Shown here piece by piece: positions 46,201-56,763 of a stretch of 64,000 nt of DNA. Every line of letters starts with the position of its first letter. The first letter of the stretch is position 1. This stretch comes from Macrostomum lignano (lineage: Eukaryota): contig NIVC01003730.1 of NCBI GenBank assembly GCA_002269645.1, positions 1-64,000 of the forward strand, in the 5' to 3' direction. A program made the position numbers and the translations under genes. The notes beneath the pieces were generated by a model. The model did no database searches. It was not told the origin of the DNA and saw nothing but the letters and a program-made list of their open reading frames with translations.

Positions 46201-48527
46201 CCCGAATACCCTACCCCGAACACCCCTAGTTGCTTGTGGCAACATGTACATGTAGATGACATTCACGGGGAAATTTTTAAGCTTGAACTGCGAACTCTGA
46301 TGAAGCACATCTACTCACCCGTTGGACGGCAGATTCTCATTAAACGGATCCATAGCGTAGTGATGAGTCACGTGACCGAAGACTTTCACGTTCTGGAAGA
46401 ATTCTCTGTGACTTGAAGTGTCAAAGCGTTAATTGCAATATTATCGCCAATCAAATCTTCACTACAACTGTTACCTCCTTGATGACAGCCGCAGACAAAT
46501 TCGTGAACATCGGGTCGTTCGGGTTCACAAAGTATACTCTAGAATTTGTTAGTGTTGAGTTCAGACAAGCAGATGCATGTATCAAAAAATTGTATTCCAT
46601 CGCACAAATACCTACTGAGAGTAGTTTCGTCCAAAGTTGTTCCAGTCGGATAGTTGAGTATAGTTCACATTTGGATATTTTCTGCAAAATTGATTGCAAT
46701 TAGCAATGAGCTGTGCACACTTCTATTGCACAAACAGCTCAGTCGCAGCTATTGCTCGGCGCATCTGACTGGGGGTCTCGCTACATCCACCCTCCATTAA
46801 GCTAATGGCACCCATTTCGCAGCTGGGTGAAGTGAAGCAATGCAGAGTTTAGTGTCGTGATCAAAGACCCAAATTGTTGCGATTGGCTCGAGAATCGAAC
46901 CGCCGACCTTTTCAGTCGTGGGTCCGAAGCTCCTAACCACTAGGCTACAACCCCTCGGCTATACACATATACAATCTACATAAGGAAGCAGTGGTGTACG
47001 CTCGTATTCCAGAATAAATTGAAGGTGAAAAAGTACAACTCACAATGAACAGAACTACAAATCACTAAAGAGGAATTATGCTCGTAAGCCTTAAGCGGTT
47101 GAAAAGCCTTAAGCCTTAAGCCTTGCGAAAATGAAGAAAATGCAAATTTCTATTGTTTCACGAGTGCTACGAGCGTATAATATCGTTGAAGTGGTGTGGT
47201 GTGTACATGTAGTTTGTTTACTAACGGGATCAAGTGACTGCTTGAAACTAGTGGTTTATTAGCTTATTAGCCCTAACCCCGCCAAATATCTGATATCTTT
47301 GGTCTGTCTGCTGATACAGGTTGCCAGCTAAGAAGACATTCGATTTCACACGGACTAGACTTGCTTAACAAACGAATCTGGCACCATGCCGGAGAACCCT
47401 TGCAGCACGGAAGTGATGCCCAGTGCTGCCATTCGGTCCAGAATACGCCGCTGCAGGTCCACTTGAGAGTCGCACCATGCCTTGGATAGTGGGCCGCCCC
47501 AGGCCTTGAGGTTGCCCATGCGACCCCTGAAATGAGGGAACCGGATTGCTAATCAATATTCCAATATATCGTCCCCAGCATCCAGTCTCTCACCAGGCCA
47601 GAAAAGCGGGCCCGGGAAAGTACTGAACCAAATCCGCCTCGGTCAGCCCGAAGTGACTCATGGCGCCCGCCATCACTCGCTCCTGGCCGGTGAGCGCGTA
47701 CGCCAAATTCACTCCGTGCAAAGCCATCCAGTCAATGTGGCGCTCCCAGTCCGAGAACCGCCACCAAACGTACGAGTAGGAGAACGTCACCACATTCGGC
47801 ATCACTGTGTAGACGTCCTGCGACTCCAGAGTCAGCTGACCGGAAGGCAGCATTGGGAGACGATCCGGTGGCAGGGCTACCTGGGTACCCGACCAGGACA
47901 CCATTGCGGAGCAGTAGCCGGTGAGGTACCGATGCAGTGCCCAGGCAGCGGCAACGCCAGAGTTAGCGCTGATGCTGACATTGTTGCGACCAGTGTTTCT
48001 TATCTGCAGGTCTTTTTGTGAGTAGCAAATTGTTTTGATGAGTAGCATCATTCCTTGACAGAGAAAAGTAGACTGACACTGAATACAATCTGAAATGCTT
48101 TAAACTAATTTCTAATAAAAAAGGCAGGAAGAAGACCTCACAAACGCTTGCAAACGCTGTTAACCTGAATGTATTAGCTGGTATAAACTCTGAACTATGA
48201 AATCCTCAAAATCAATAATCTATCCTATTTTAAAAGCCTATCAAACACTGAGACTAATCATTAATATCACCTACATGTAGATGTGACACTATGATTATGC
48301 TGTAATGATCTCACCAGCGCCCGATGCCTGGGCAGAGCCGTGTCGGGCGTCACTCTGAATGAAAACCGCGCAGCATCGACACCCAGAAGCCGGCTGGCCA
48401 ACTGCTCGACTGCCAGTGCCTGCCGTTGATCCTCCCTTGCTGGGCTGTTGCCAGAAGCAACCGCAGAAACGGCAGTCGCGGCGATAATGAAGAAGACAAA
48501 CAAATCGAATGAATTGCGAGTGAACAT
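40245..48527 (-). CDS. NAGLU: Alpha-N-acetylglucosaminidase (GH89), 14 exons, about 766 aa: 48315-48527, 47594-48003, 47365-47526, 46616-46681, 46475-46538, 46319-46392, 45364-45438, 45200-45284, 44754-45125, 42740-42900, 42557-42661, 42186-42474, 41058-41160, 40245-40366
   Basis: Signal peptide; [25 protein letters not shown] (catalytic Glu), LHNFGG, PEG (catalytic Glu), YDQVDLTRQ and QLTCWGP motifs. All 13 introns give a continuous frame, one using a GC donor at 47364. Confidence 0.93.
40385..41028. repeat. Adjacent related 21-bp and 20-bp minisatellites, NAGLU intron 13
   Basis: GACACTGGAGTAGCAAGGGGA, then GGCAGTGGGGTAGCAGAGGA. Confidence 0.95.
41197..42040. repeat. 21-bp minisatellite with longer variants, NAGLU intron 12
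   Basis: GATTGATAACAACTGTGAGCA plus ACCTGTACTGAGTATGTGAG variants. Confidence 0.95.
42992..44660. repeat. 11-bp (42992-43165) and 14-bp (43225-44660) arrays, NAGLU intron 9
   Basis: CCAAGATAGAT and GACAGTGGACACAT. Confidence 0.95.
45497..46228. mobile_element. hAT-like non-autonomous element in NAGLU intron 6
   Basis: TIR TAGGGGTGTTCGGG / CCCGAACACCCCTA, exact 8-bp TSD GTTGCTTG, subterminal CCCGA repeats. Confidence 0.85.
46765..46950 (-). mobile_element. tRNA-derived CORE-SINE, copy 2 (NAGLU intron 3)
   Basis: The reverse complement has A box TAGCCTAGTGG, B box GGTTCGATTCT and CORE-like CACTAAACTCTGCATTGCTTCACTTCACCCAGCTGCGAAATGGG. Confidence 0.75.
46997..47177. mobile_element. Possible small MITE in NAGLU intron 3
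   Basis: 10-bp inverted termini TACGCTCGTA / TACGAGCGTA with internal AAGCCTT repeats. The TIR is short, so this is tentative. Confidence 0.35.
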
Positions 48528-49989
48528 ACTGAGTCGAGATGGAACGCTGCATGCAGCATGGTCCACTTACCAGTGAACTTATATAATTATTCGATCTAGG
48601 CATTAGACACTTAACCTGCCCGTACACTGAGTGGTTTAAAATGCGCACGCTGCAATGTACAATGTATGTAGCTGTGTGTTCTTGTTTATAGGTGTGCGAA
48701 TATTGGACGGCGGTAAATGACATTTTCAACCGCTCACCCCTATATCAGTAGATCATGTAGCATAAAAAGCTAGCGTACCCCCCCCCCCAGTAACCAACCA
48801 GCCCCAGTGTATTCCGAAGTTGCACAAGTTATAGACACGGCTATTAGGTTCGTCTCAGAATGCTAAAAAATTGTGGTTCACAAAAACATGCAAGTATCTA
48901 AAACGTATAATAACTCATTAATAGAAATTAATGCTTTAATCTACATACTACTTGTATAAACTGCAGCATGCCACACAAATGTACCACTGCAATAAAAGCG
49001 CCGGAATGTACGCTCTATCCTCTGTCTGTATGGTCTATTCTTCAGCCTCAATCGCGCCTCTCTTTCGCCTATCTCAACCCTTGCTTAGATCTGTTTCTCT
49101 TCAACAATTCCATGCCGCGTACACCATTTTCCTACAATCCATAGCTAAATCTCTTCTCCTGTAGCCTGAGCTCTGTCGTTCCATTGGTTGGCTCATTCGT
49201 GGAGTGGACTCAGTCCAACAATGCTCTCGTCTTCAGCGTACATTTGTCCGAATGGCTCAGTCAAACGGCATTTGCTTGTGCCTAAAAATGAGGCTGCAGC
49301 AAACAAAGCAAGCAAGGCTAGAAAGCAGCTCTGCTGTGTAATAGCAGACTTGCAACGGAGGAGTTTCTGGAAAGACAGGTAAGTCACCATGTACACTCCT
49401 AGGTCTCTAGATTTCGTGTCTGGCAATCCGAAATACTTGTAGCTATTTTTTTTAATGTCAAACATGAAATAGGTACGAGCTATGTATATGGAGCTAGAGT
49501 ATGTTGTAGAGTTCTAAAAGTAGCATCTAGATTGGAAATTAAATTTCATCGTACGTTGAATCATTCTCCAGCCACATTGATTTGCTTAGTGACTTACTAA
49601 AGCTCGTAGTCTAGCAAAGTCTGGGTTTGCTAAATACAAGTTAAAATAAAATCTCAATGAAAATTATGTTTTGAAAGCAATGAACAACAATAACGCTGCA
49701 AAAAGAAAGGTCCTACAATGTATAACAGTATGACAGGGCACGCGGTCTAGGGGTGTCGGTACCGGGGGGGGCACGGGGGGGGCTGGAGCCTACATACATA
49801 CAAGGATCACTTTTTAGCATGATCCTCCAAATGACCTTTTTGAATTTCAAGCAAGTGTCGGCCGGTTTTCGGCTTTGGCTTTACTGAGTCTTGGAAGCTA
49901 AGAGTAGCAGCTGATATAATAGTTCATGTTGTTCTCAGTTCCTTTCCACTACAGTTTATCCAATGTTCCTAAGCCTTGTGCTTTTAGTG

Positions 49990-50798
49990 CAGGGGTCAGC
50001 AAACTTTTTACTTCAAGGGCCAGATTGAGAACAGCGTGACTGCCCTTCTGGGTCCGCTTCTCTGGGCCCCCTAAGCGAAACGCGCGCCAGAAGTCCCTGA
50101 TGACTGCGGGCTATAGGGAGAGAGGATGGAGAATAGAGAAGAGAAATACGAGTGCAGGAGAAAGGAGAGGCGAAGGAATAAAGGAGAAGAGAGTAGACGA
50201 GAACAGAGATAAAATAGGAGAGAAGAGAGGAGAGGGGAGATGAATGAGGAGAGGAGAGTCGAAATATAAGAGAGGAGAGAAGGACATGAGAGAGGAGGGA
50301 AGGGAGAAGAGAATGGAGAGGAAACGGGAGATGAGAGGAGAGGAGAGATGAGAGAGGTGAAATGAGAGGAGAGGAGAGAGGTGAGGAGGTGAGATGAGAG
50401 GAGAGGAGAGAGGTGAGGAGATGAGAGGAGAGGAGAGAGGTGAGGGAGGTGAGGAGAGGAAAGGAAATGAGAGAGGAGAGGAGAGGAGAGAGGAGAGGAG
50501 ACGAGAGAAGAGGAGAGGAGAGGAGAGGAGAGGAGAGGAGAGGAGAGAGGTGAGGAGATGAGAGGAGAGGGGTGAGGAGAGGTGAGGAGAGGAAAGGAAA
50601 TGAGAGAGGAGAGGAGAGGAGAGGAGAGGAGAGGACAGGAGAATATGAGAAGAGAGAGGTGAGGGAAGAGAGCTGAGAAGAGACACAAGCCTTGAGCGGG
50701 CCGGATTGCTCTTGTGAATATTCAAAGGACCCAAGGGCCGGATAGAGAGGCTTTGCGGGGCCACATTTGGCCCTCAGGCCGGAGTTTGCCAACCCCTG
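49990..50798. mobile_element. hAT (Charlie-like) MITE containing a roughly 580-bp GA-rich tract
   Basis: TIR CAGGGGTCAGCAAACT / AGTTTGCCAACCCCTG, exact 8-bp TSD TTTTAGTG. Confidence 0.85.
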
Positions 50799-51789
50799 TT
50801 TTAGTGTTTAGCTCTTTTACTTTGGCATCTCTGATCGAAATTCCGAGTCTGCCGCAATCCCAAGACTTAAGCCGCTGCTGGCGCTGCAACTAAAAGCACA
50901 AAAATGCCGTCAGATAAAAGAATGAAGAGTCAGCGCCAAGAAGAACTGAAGGAGGCAGCCAAGAGACCCAGAAAATTACTGGTCTTGCCCTGGCAATTTT
51001 CATTCATTTGAGATATTTACTAAATAAATTGATAGTGCAGTGCAGTTGCGCAATGTTTGAATTATTTGAGAATTTGAACGTTTTTCAGACTTTTGGCCAC
51101 TTTCAACACAATTGAATATTGGCCTGGTTGTCACAATGTCACAAACTGACATAACAGCAGGAGTTTGGGTGCCCTTAGATTAAAAAAAAATCATGTGCAA
51201 TGTGCACCCTCCCACCAATAGCCCCCCACTTTTAAATATGTTCCGACACGATGCATTGCTTTTGTCTGTCTGACTGAGAATGAAGCCACCTACATTACTC
51301 TCCAGCCCCTCCGAGCTGAACCCTCCTCGGCCACTGCTTCTGCAACACCAACGCTAAGTTGCGAATAAATAAAGTACAAATATATGGTTGGATTTTTATC
51401 ACTTTGCTTGGCTTTTGCAGTCCATGGCCCATAGACTAAGGCAAGATGCAGCCAATTGGCCCCTGGCGTAGCGTATGGAGGCAGCGTATATGGAGGATTC
51501 TCAGGCTGACAAAAGCTATATCTAGATCTGAGCCAGCAGGTACAAGACGAATCTGGTAAATTCGTCAAAAAAGCAGCTCAGCATGCTCAGAATGAGATAA
51601 TTAACCAAGACAACGGCTGAGGGATGCCTTTTATAACGGAGGCAAGGAAACAGACGCTACGTTAATCTTCATGCTGTAATGAAATTGAGAGTTATAGATG
51701 TGGAGTAATCTGTTTTCATTTAAATTCCTCAGCTGCCGACACTTCTGAAGCAGCGATAGTCAGGGTGCCCGTCGGACCAAACCGCAGCC

Positions 51790-53318
51790 ATGATGAGCAC
51801 CTCAACCTTCTGCAGAAGCCTGCGACGCCGGTTAAAACTGCGCAACTTCCTCGGTTGCATTGGCCTTCTGGCCATAGCAACTATCCTCTACCGTCTCTTC
51901 GCCGTGGCCCCCGAAAAGTTCACTATGCAGCTCACTGAGCCAGACAGCTACCAAGTAAAAGGAGATTCAGTTAAAAAAATAAAAAGAATTCCGGCAATCC
52001 TTCATCAGACCTGGATATCCGACATCATCCCTAGCACCTACGTGCCCTACGTGCGCAGCTGGGCGAATCACAGGCCCCGCCTTGACTATTACTACTGGAC
52101 AGACGCCAACTCGCTTGAGTTCGTGGCGCGCCACTATCCGGAGATTCTGGCCACTTTCCGAGGTTACCCAGCTCACCTGAGTCGGGCGGACGCTGTCAGG
52201 TACATGCTGCTGCATAAATATGGCGGCATCTATGCCGATATGGACATGATGCGGCTGAGAGACCTGGCCCCGCTGCTCAACAATAGCAGGGAGTTGTGCT
52301 ACCTCAGCCAGGAACGCTACGAGATCACGCGGCTTTACTGGGGATACAACAGGTAGGTTTTGAATTGGCTAAGCTTTAATAGACAGTCTTGAGGACAAAT
52401 ATGCTATTATAGTGAACTGATACACTGATAAACAAAAAACGATATGCGATTTAGACATCCCAATACGGCCAATATACGTACAATTGCGTAATTCCAGTTT
52501 TAGAGCACCATTTAAAGTTTCCATTAAGTTTTTAATTGACTCCGTCATTTAGACAACGCTTCTCAATCTGTATACTTCCAATGACCAATGCACAAAATAA
52601 GAAATAACTTTTAAATGCATGAAAATCGCAAGAAGTCATATCGGTTTTGTTGAAATAGACTGGGAAGAGGTGTTAGCATTTTGCTAGTGTTGTGAAGTAA
52701 TCCAGCGGATGCTCTTAATTGAACTGACTGCCCAAAATCTGCATCCATGGAGAGCGGATTCGTCCTCCAGGGGTGACATTTACGAAATCCAGATTTGGCA
52801 TTGGCTTGTCTTCGTTCTAACACACCAACAGCAGCGTCATGAACGCCATAATGCTAAGCGCGCCGGGCCACAAGTTCATGGAGTACGTTGTCAAGGCTCT
52901 GTCAAGATTCGCCAACAACTCCCCGGACGTCATGACCTCGACGGGGCCGTTATTTCTGCAGAGAGTCTACGAAGAGTTCCATTACCGATCGCCCGTCTGC
53001 GACCTGCGTGACCCGATGTGCCGCTGTGTGGCAGCCGACCCCTACGACTTCATGCCGCAGGTGGACCCGATCCGAATCCCGCTGTTCCGCGGCAAGTGCT
53101 CCTCGCCCAACCAGCTGAAACCCAACGCTGTGGAGGCCTGCCGGATGCTGGACCAAATAGGATGGCGCAACGAGATCTCAGAGATCGGCACCAGGTCCTA
53201 CACGCACCACGGATTTCTGCACTACGGCTTCGAGAACCAGCGGTTGAAGTTCGCCTCGGTGGCCAACATTAGCAGCGTCCGCGCAGACAGGCTCAGCTTC
53301 GGTCGGGAGATTCATTGA
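51790..53318 (+). CDS. GT32 DXD glycosyltransferase (SUR1/CSH1/OCH1-like); exons 51790-52352 and 52835-53318, about 348 aa
   Basis: Type II N-terminal TM; IPAILHQTW, YWTD and RADAVRYMLLHKYGGIYADMD motifs. Donor AG|gtaggt at 52353 with a phase-2 NAGNAG acceptor at 52831/52834. Confidence 0.85.
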
Positions 53319-54012
53319 TGCGACTTTTATACCGCCGCTGACGGCCGTTTCTTTGCTGTTATCGGTCATGGACAACTCAAGTAGCACAAGGTTTTCAAAA
53401 CAAGGTTTTCTTAGAAATGAGCCGGAGGCCGGAATTAGGAACGTGTATTTGTCGCATTGCTAGGGCGTTTATTACAATATGCTCCGGAGAACGTATAGCG
53501 CTAAATGCATGGGGTTTGGCCATAGACGAATTCAGTCGAGAAACAGCCGATTTGTCGGGAGCACACTGAATGCACTGCGATATGCGGCAAATATAGGTTC
53601 CTTCCGGCCTCTGGCTCATTTCTAAGAAAATCTAGTGTAGAGCGTCCTAATACTTTAGTGGTCCATGTACCACATACATTTTTATGTACACATACGCCGT
53701 CTCTTATGTATTACATAATTACTATTCCACATGGCATTTCCTATGATCATGCGGTGGTAAATGTAGTTTTACTTCATTTTATGAATCTCAACTGACTTAA
53801 GCCTTACTACCTATCTGCAAAAAATTCTCGACAACTCCCAAAACAGCAAAACCGCTTTTAAGTGGGTCTACGGCATCAGCCCGCAGCTAGGAAGATTCCC
53901 AAATTCTTGTTTAGACCAATTTTATTGGCCTGCATAATGATGAGTCATAGCAATCGAGAAACGGTGATTACATTATTATCTAGTACCAAGTCTAAATACT
54001 ATTAAGTCCATC

Positions 54013-55196
54013 CAGGGACTACTCAATTCTCGGGACGGGAAACGGCCAAATCATGCAGAAAAAAGATGGAGGCCGATTTTCTCTGTTCTCTGCTGATCTT
54101 ATGTTTTATCGCAAGAGCTTCAGCTTTTCACTATGTACACAAAATTTATCCCTCTTCAACTTCCTGTAGCCTGTTTCTACTCAAATAATTTCGGATAAAT
54201 GCTAGGAGACATTTTATACAGTACCCCTTTAATACACAAACTTGTATTCCCGTGGAAAGCTAGCGCATCCACCAGAATGGCTTTTCCAATTCTCGCGCCT
54301 TTGTTATGCTAGCTTCACATCATATTCACCAAGCTGTGCAACCCGTGTGCATCAGATATTCAATGCTATCGCCGAATATTTCTTTCCAGACAAGGACATT
54401 CATACAACTTCGGTGACTCGTCGCCTATCAAACTGCTTTTTCAAAGGACTTGTGCGAAACTGCAAAACTGCAGAACAAACACCAGACGCAAGTGATCGTA
54501 AAATCACAAAGCTACGCAGTTCGTCTCGTTTATAAGCGCGATTGATACCGACTGAGACTACTGGGTTACAAATTCGATTTGTCGCATTGCTTATATTTGC
54601 TTACTACTATTGGGATACTTTGTTATGCTTACTTTGTTTGTTCTGGTTCATGTGCGTTTTGAACTTGCTTGTGGTTCTCTTGCCTTTTGCTCTTATCGTG
54701 TTTATTGTTCTTTATATGCTTGTTGTGAATGTTGTGTTTCTTGTACTTATGCATTTGGTGTTGTTGAATAATTCTAGTGCACAATAGTGTGTATTCTAGC
54801 GCGATCGTTCTCCAAATCTTGGTATACATGTATTGACTATATACAACAGTTTTGTTAATCTTATATCTTATGTTGAATAACTTCTCGTATAATACAAGCT
54901 TTCACTTCTTGCTTCAATGTTTTCCATAGACTTCTACAAAAGATGCACTTGGCTTATCAAGCATCGAGTTTGTGTATTAAAGGGGTACTGTATAAAATGT
55001 CTCCTAGCATTTATCCGAAATTATTTGAGTAGAAACAGGCTACAGGAAGTTGAAGAGGGATAAATTTTGTGTACATAGTGAAAAGCTGAAGCTCTTGCGA
55101 TAAAACATAAGATCAGCAGAGAACAGAGAAAATCGGCCTCCATCTTTTTTCTGCATGATTTGGCCGTTTCCCGTCCCGAGAATTGAGTAGTCCCTG
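54013..55196. mobile_element. Internally deleted P/Galileo-like foldback DNA transposon
   Basis: 230-bp TIRs (54013-54242 and 54967-55196) are identical by eye, with an 8-bp TSD AGTCCATC. Internal + strand RGKLAHPP...RKITKL resembles a P/THAP9 transposase C-terminus. Confidence 0.85.
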
Positions 55197-55247
55197 AGTC
55201 CATCTTGGTCTAATGCCTATACTGTGGTTATTTGGACAGCCAAATGT

Positions 55248-55345
55248 CTGCGGGCTAATGACCTGCGGGCTAATGACCAGCGGGCTAATTACCTGTGGGC
55301 TAATGACCTGCGGGCTAATGACCTGCGGGCTAATGACCTGCGGAC
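55248..55345. repeat. 15-bp tandem repeat
   Basis: CTGCGGGCTAATGAC, about 6 copies. Confidence 0.85.
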
Positions 55346-56149
55346 TAATAATTTCGTGTCAAAACAGGCTTTTTGCTTGTTACTACTTAAATAAATTTGT
55401 AAAACTCGGAGGAGTTTTGTTAATTGGGGGAGTTAAGGAGTCAAGGAGTTAAGGGCTAACCTCATTGATAATTAGTTGCACTGATGAAAAAAACTGTTAA
55501 TGTGACAAGCAGACTTATTAGATTAATCAACAAGAATCGTGTTGAAATAAATATAAAAAGTCCAGTCAATTGGATAAATTAGGCATTATAATTTATTATT
55601 GAAATAAGCAATTCAGAGCGATCGGTTTAAACAGGCATTTCAGTTAGCAATAGGTGAAATCATATATTGAGTAAATGAGAGCAGTGAGTGTTTGCCGACT
55701 TTGCGAATGCATGCACGAGATGTAATGGGTGTCACACGCAGCGGAAAGATCATTGAGCAGCGACCGGCGACAGCCACCGCTTCTCGGGCTACCCGGCGCC
55801 AGGCAAAAATGCTTTTAATTTTTATCGAGGCACAAAGTATTCTAAATATTAGCAACAATCGCTACTGTAAGCGGTACGTGCGGAATTTATACGAAATGAA
55901 ATTCAATGGGTAGTTTACTAATTAGAAAAACAAAGGAGATTTTCAAGGCATTAGTGCCAAGTTATTTAGCAGCTATAGAAAATTGCACCTTGTAACAGCT
56001 TCAAATAAAACTCAGATGAGCAAAACCAATTAGTTAATTTCTTGGCTTTCGGCAATATTGATTCAATAATACGCTTTAGGCTATGCTAAATGAGAAGATT
56101 ATCTTAATTTAAGCTTGTATGAAGTCGAATTCTAGTGCACACGTTCAAA

Positions 56150-56570
56150 GGCAGAGGATGTACATTGGGGAGAGGGGCTGGCAGCGGATGTACATTGGGG
56201 AGAGGGATGTACATTGGGGAGAGGGGTTGGCAGCGGATTTACATTGGGGAGAGGGGTTGGCAGCGGATGTACATTGGGGATGGCAGCGGATGTACATTGG
56301 GGATGGCAGCGGATGTACATTGGGGAGAGGGGTTGGCAGCGGATGTACATTGGGGAGAGGGGTTGGCAGCGGATATACATTGGGGAGAGGGGTTGGCAGC
56401 GGATGTACATTGGGGAGAGGGGTTGGCAGCGGATGTACATTTGAGAGAGGGGCTGGCAGCGGATGTACATTGGGGAAGAGGGACTGGCAGTTATGTACAT
56501 TGGGGAGAGGGGCTGGCAGCGGATGTATATTGGGGAAGAGGAACTGGCAGTGATGTACATTGGGGAGAGG
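56150..56570. repeat. 30-bp minisatellite downstream of the ATXN7-like gene
   Basis: GATGTACATTGGGGAGAGGGGTTGGCAGCG. Confidence 0.9.
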
Positions 56571-56763
56571 CTTGCGGGTATTAGGATTCAAAAACAGAAG
56601 ACACTATCGAACTTCGAGTAGGGAGGCTATTGTAAAACGTTAAGAGCACTGCATTCGAATTCCGAGAGCAGTCAGAGACCTTTAGGTGGGAAAATTAAAT
56701 CAACGATATTACTTGAGTAGTTGAGTAAGTTTTTTCTAGTTTGGGCCAGGTGCGAATGCTAAT

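Noticed and set aside
46174-46703. Apparent decayed LINE reverse transcriptase ([15 protein letters not shown])
   Set aside because: The region resolves into NAGLU exons 4-6 with canonical splice sites and a continuous frame.
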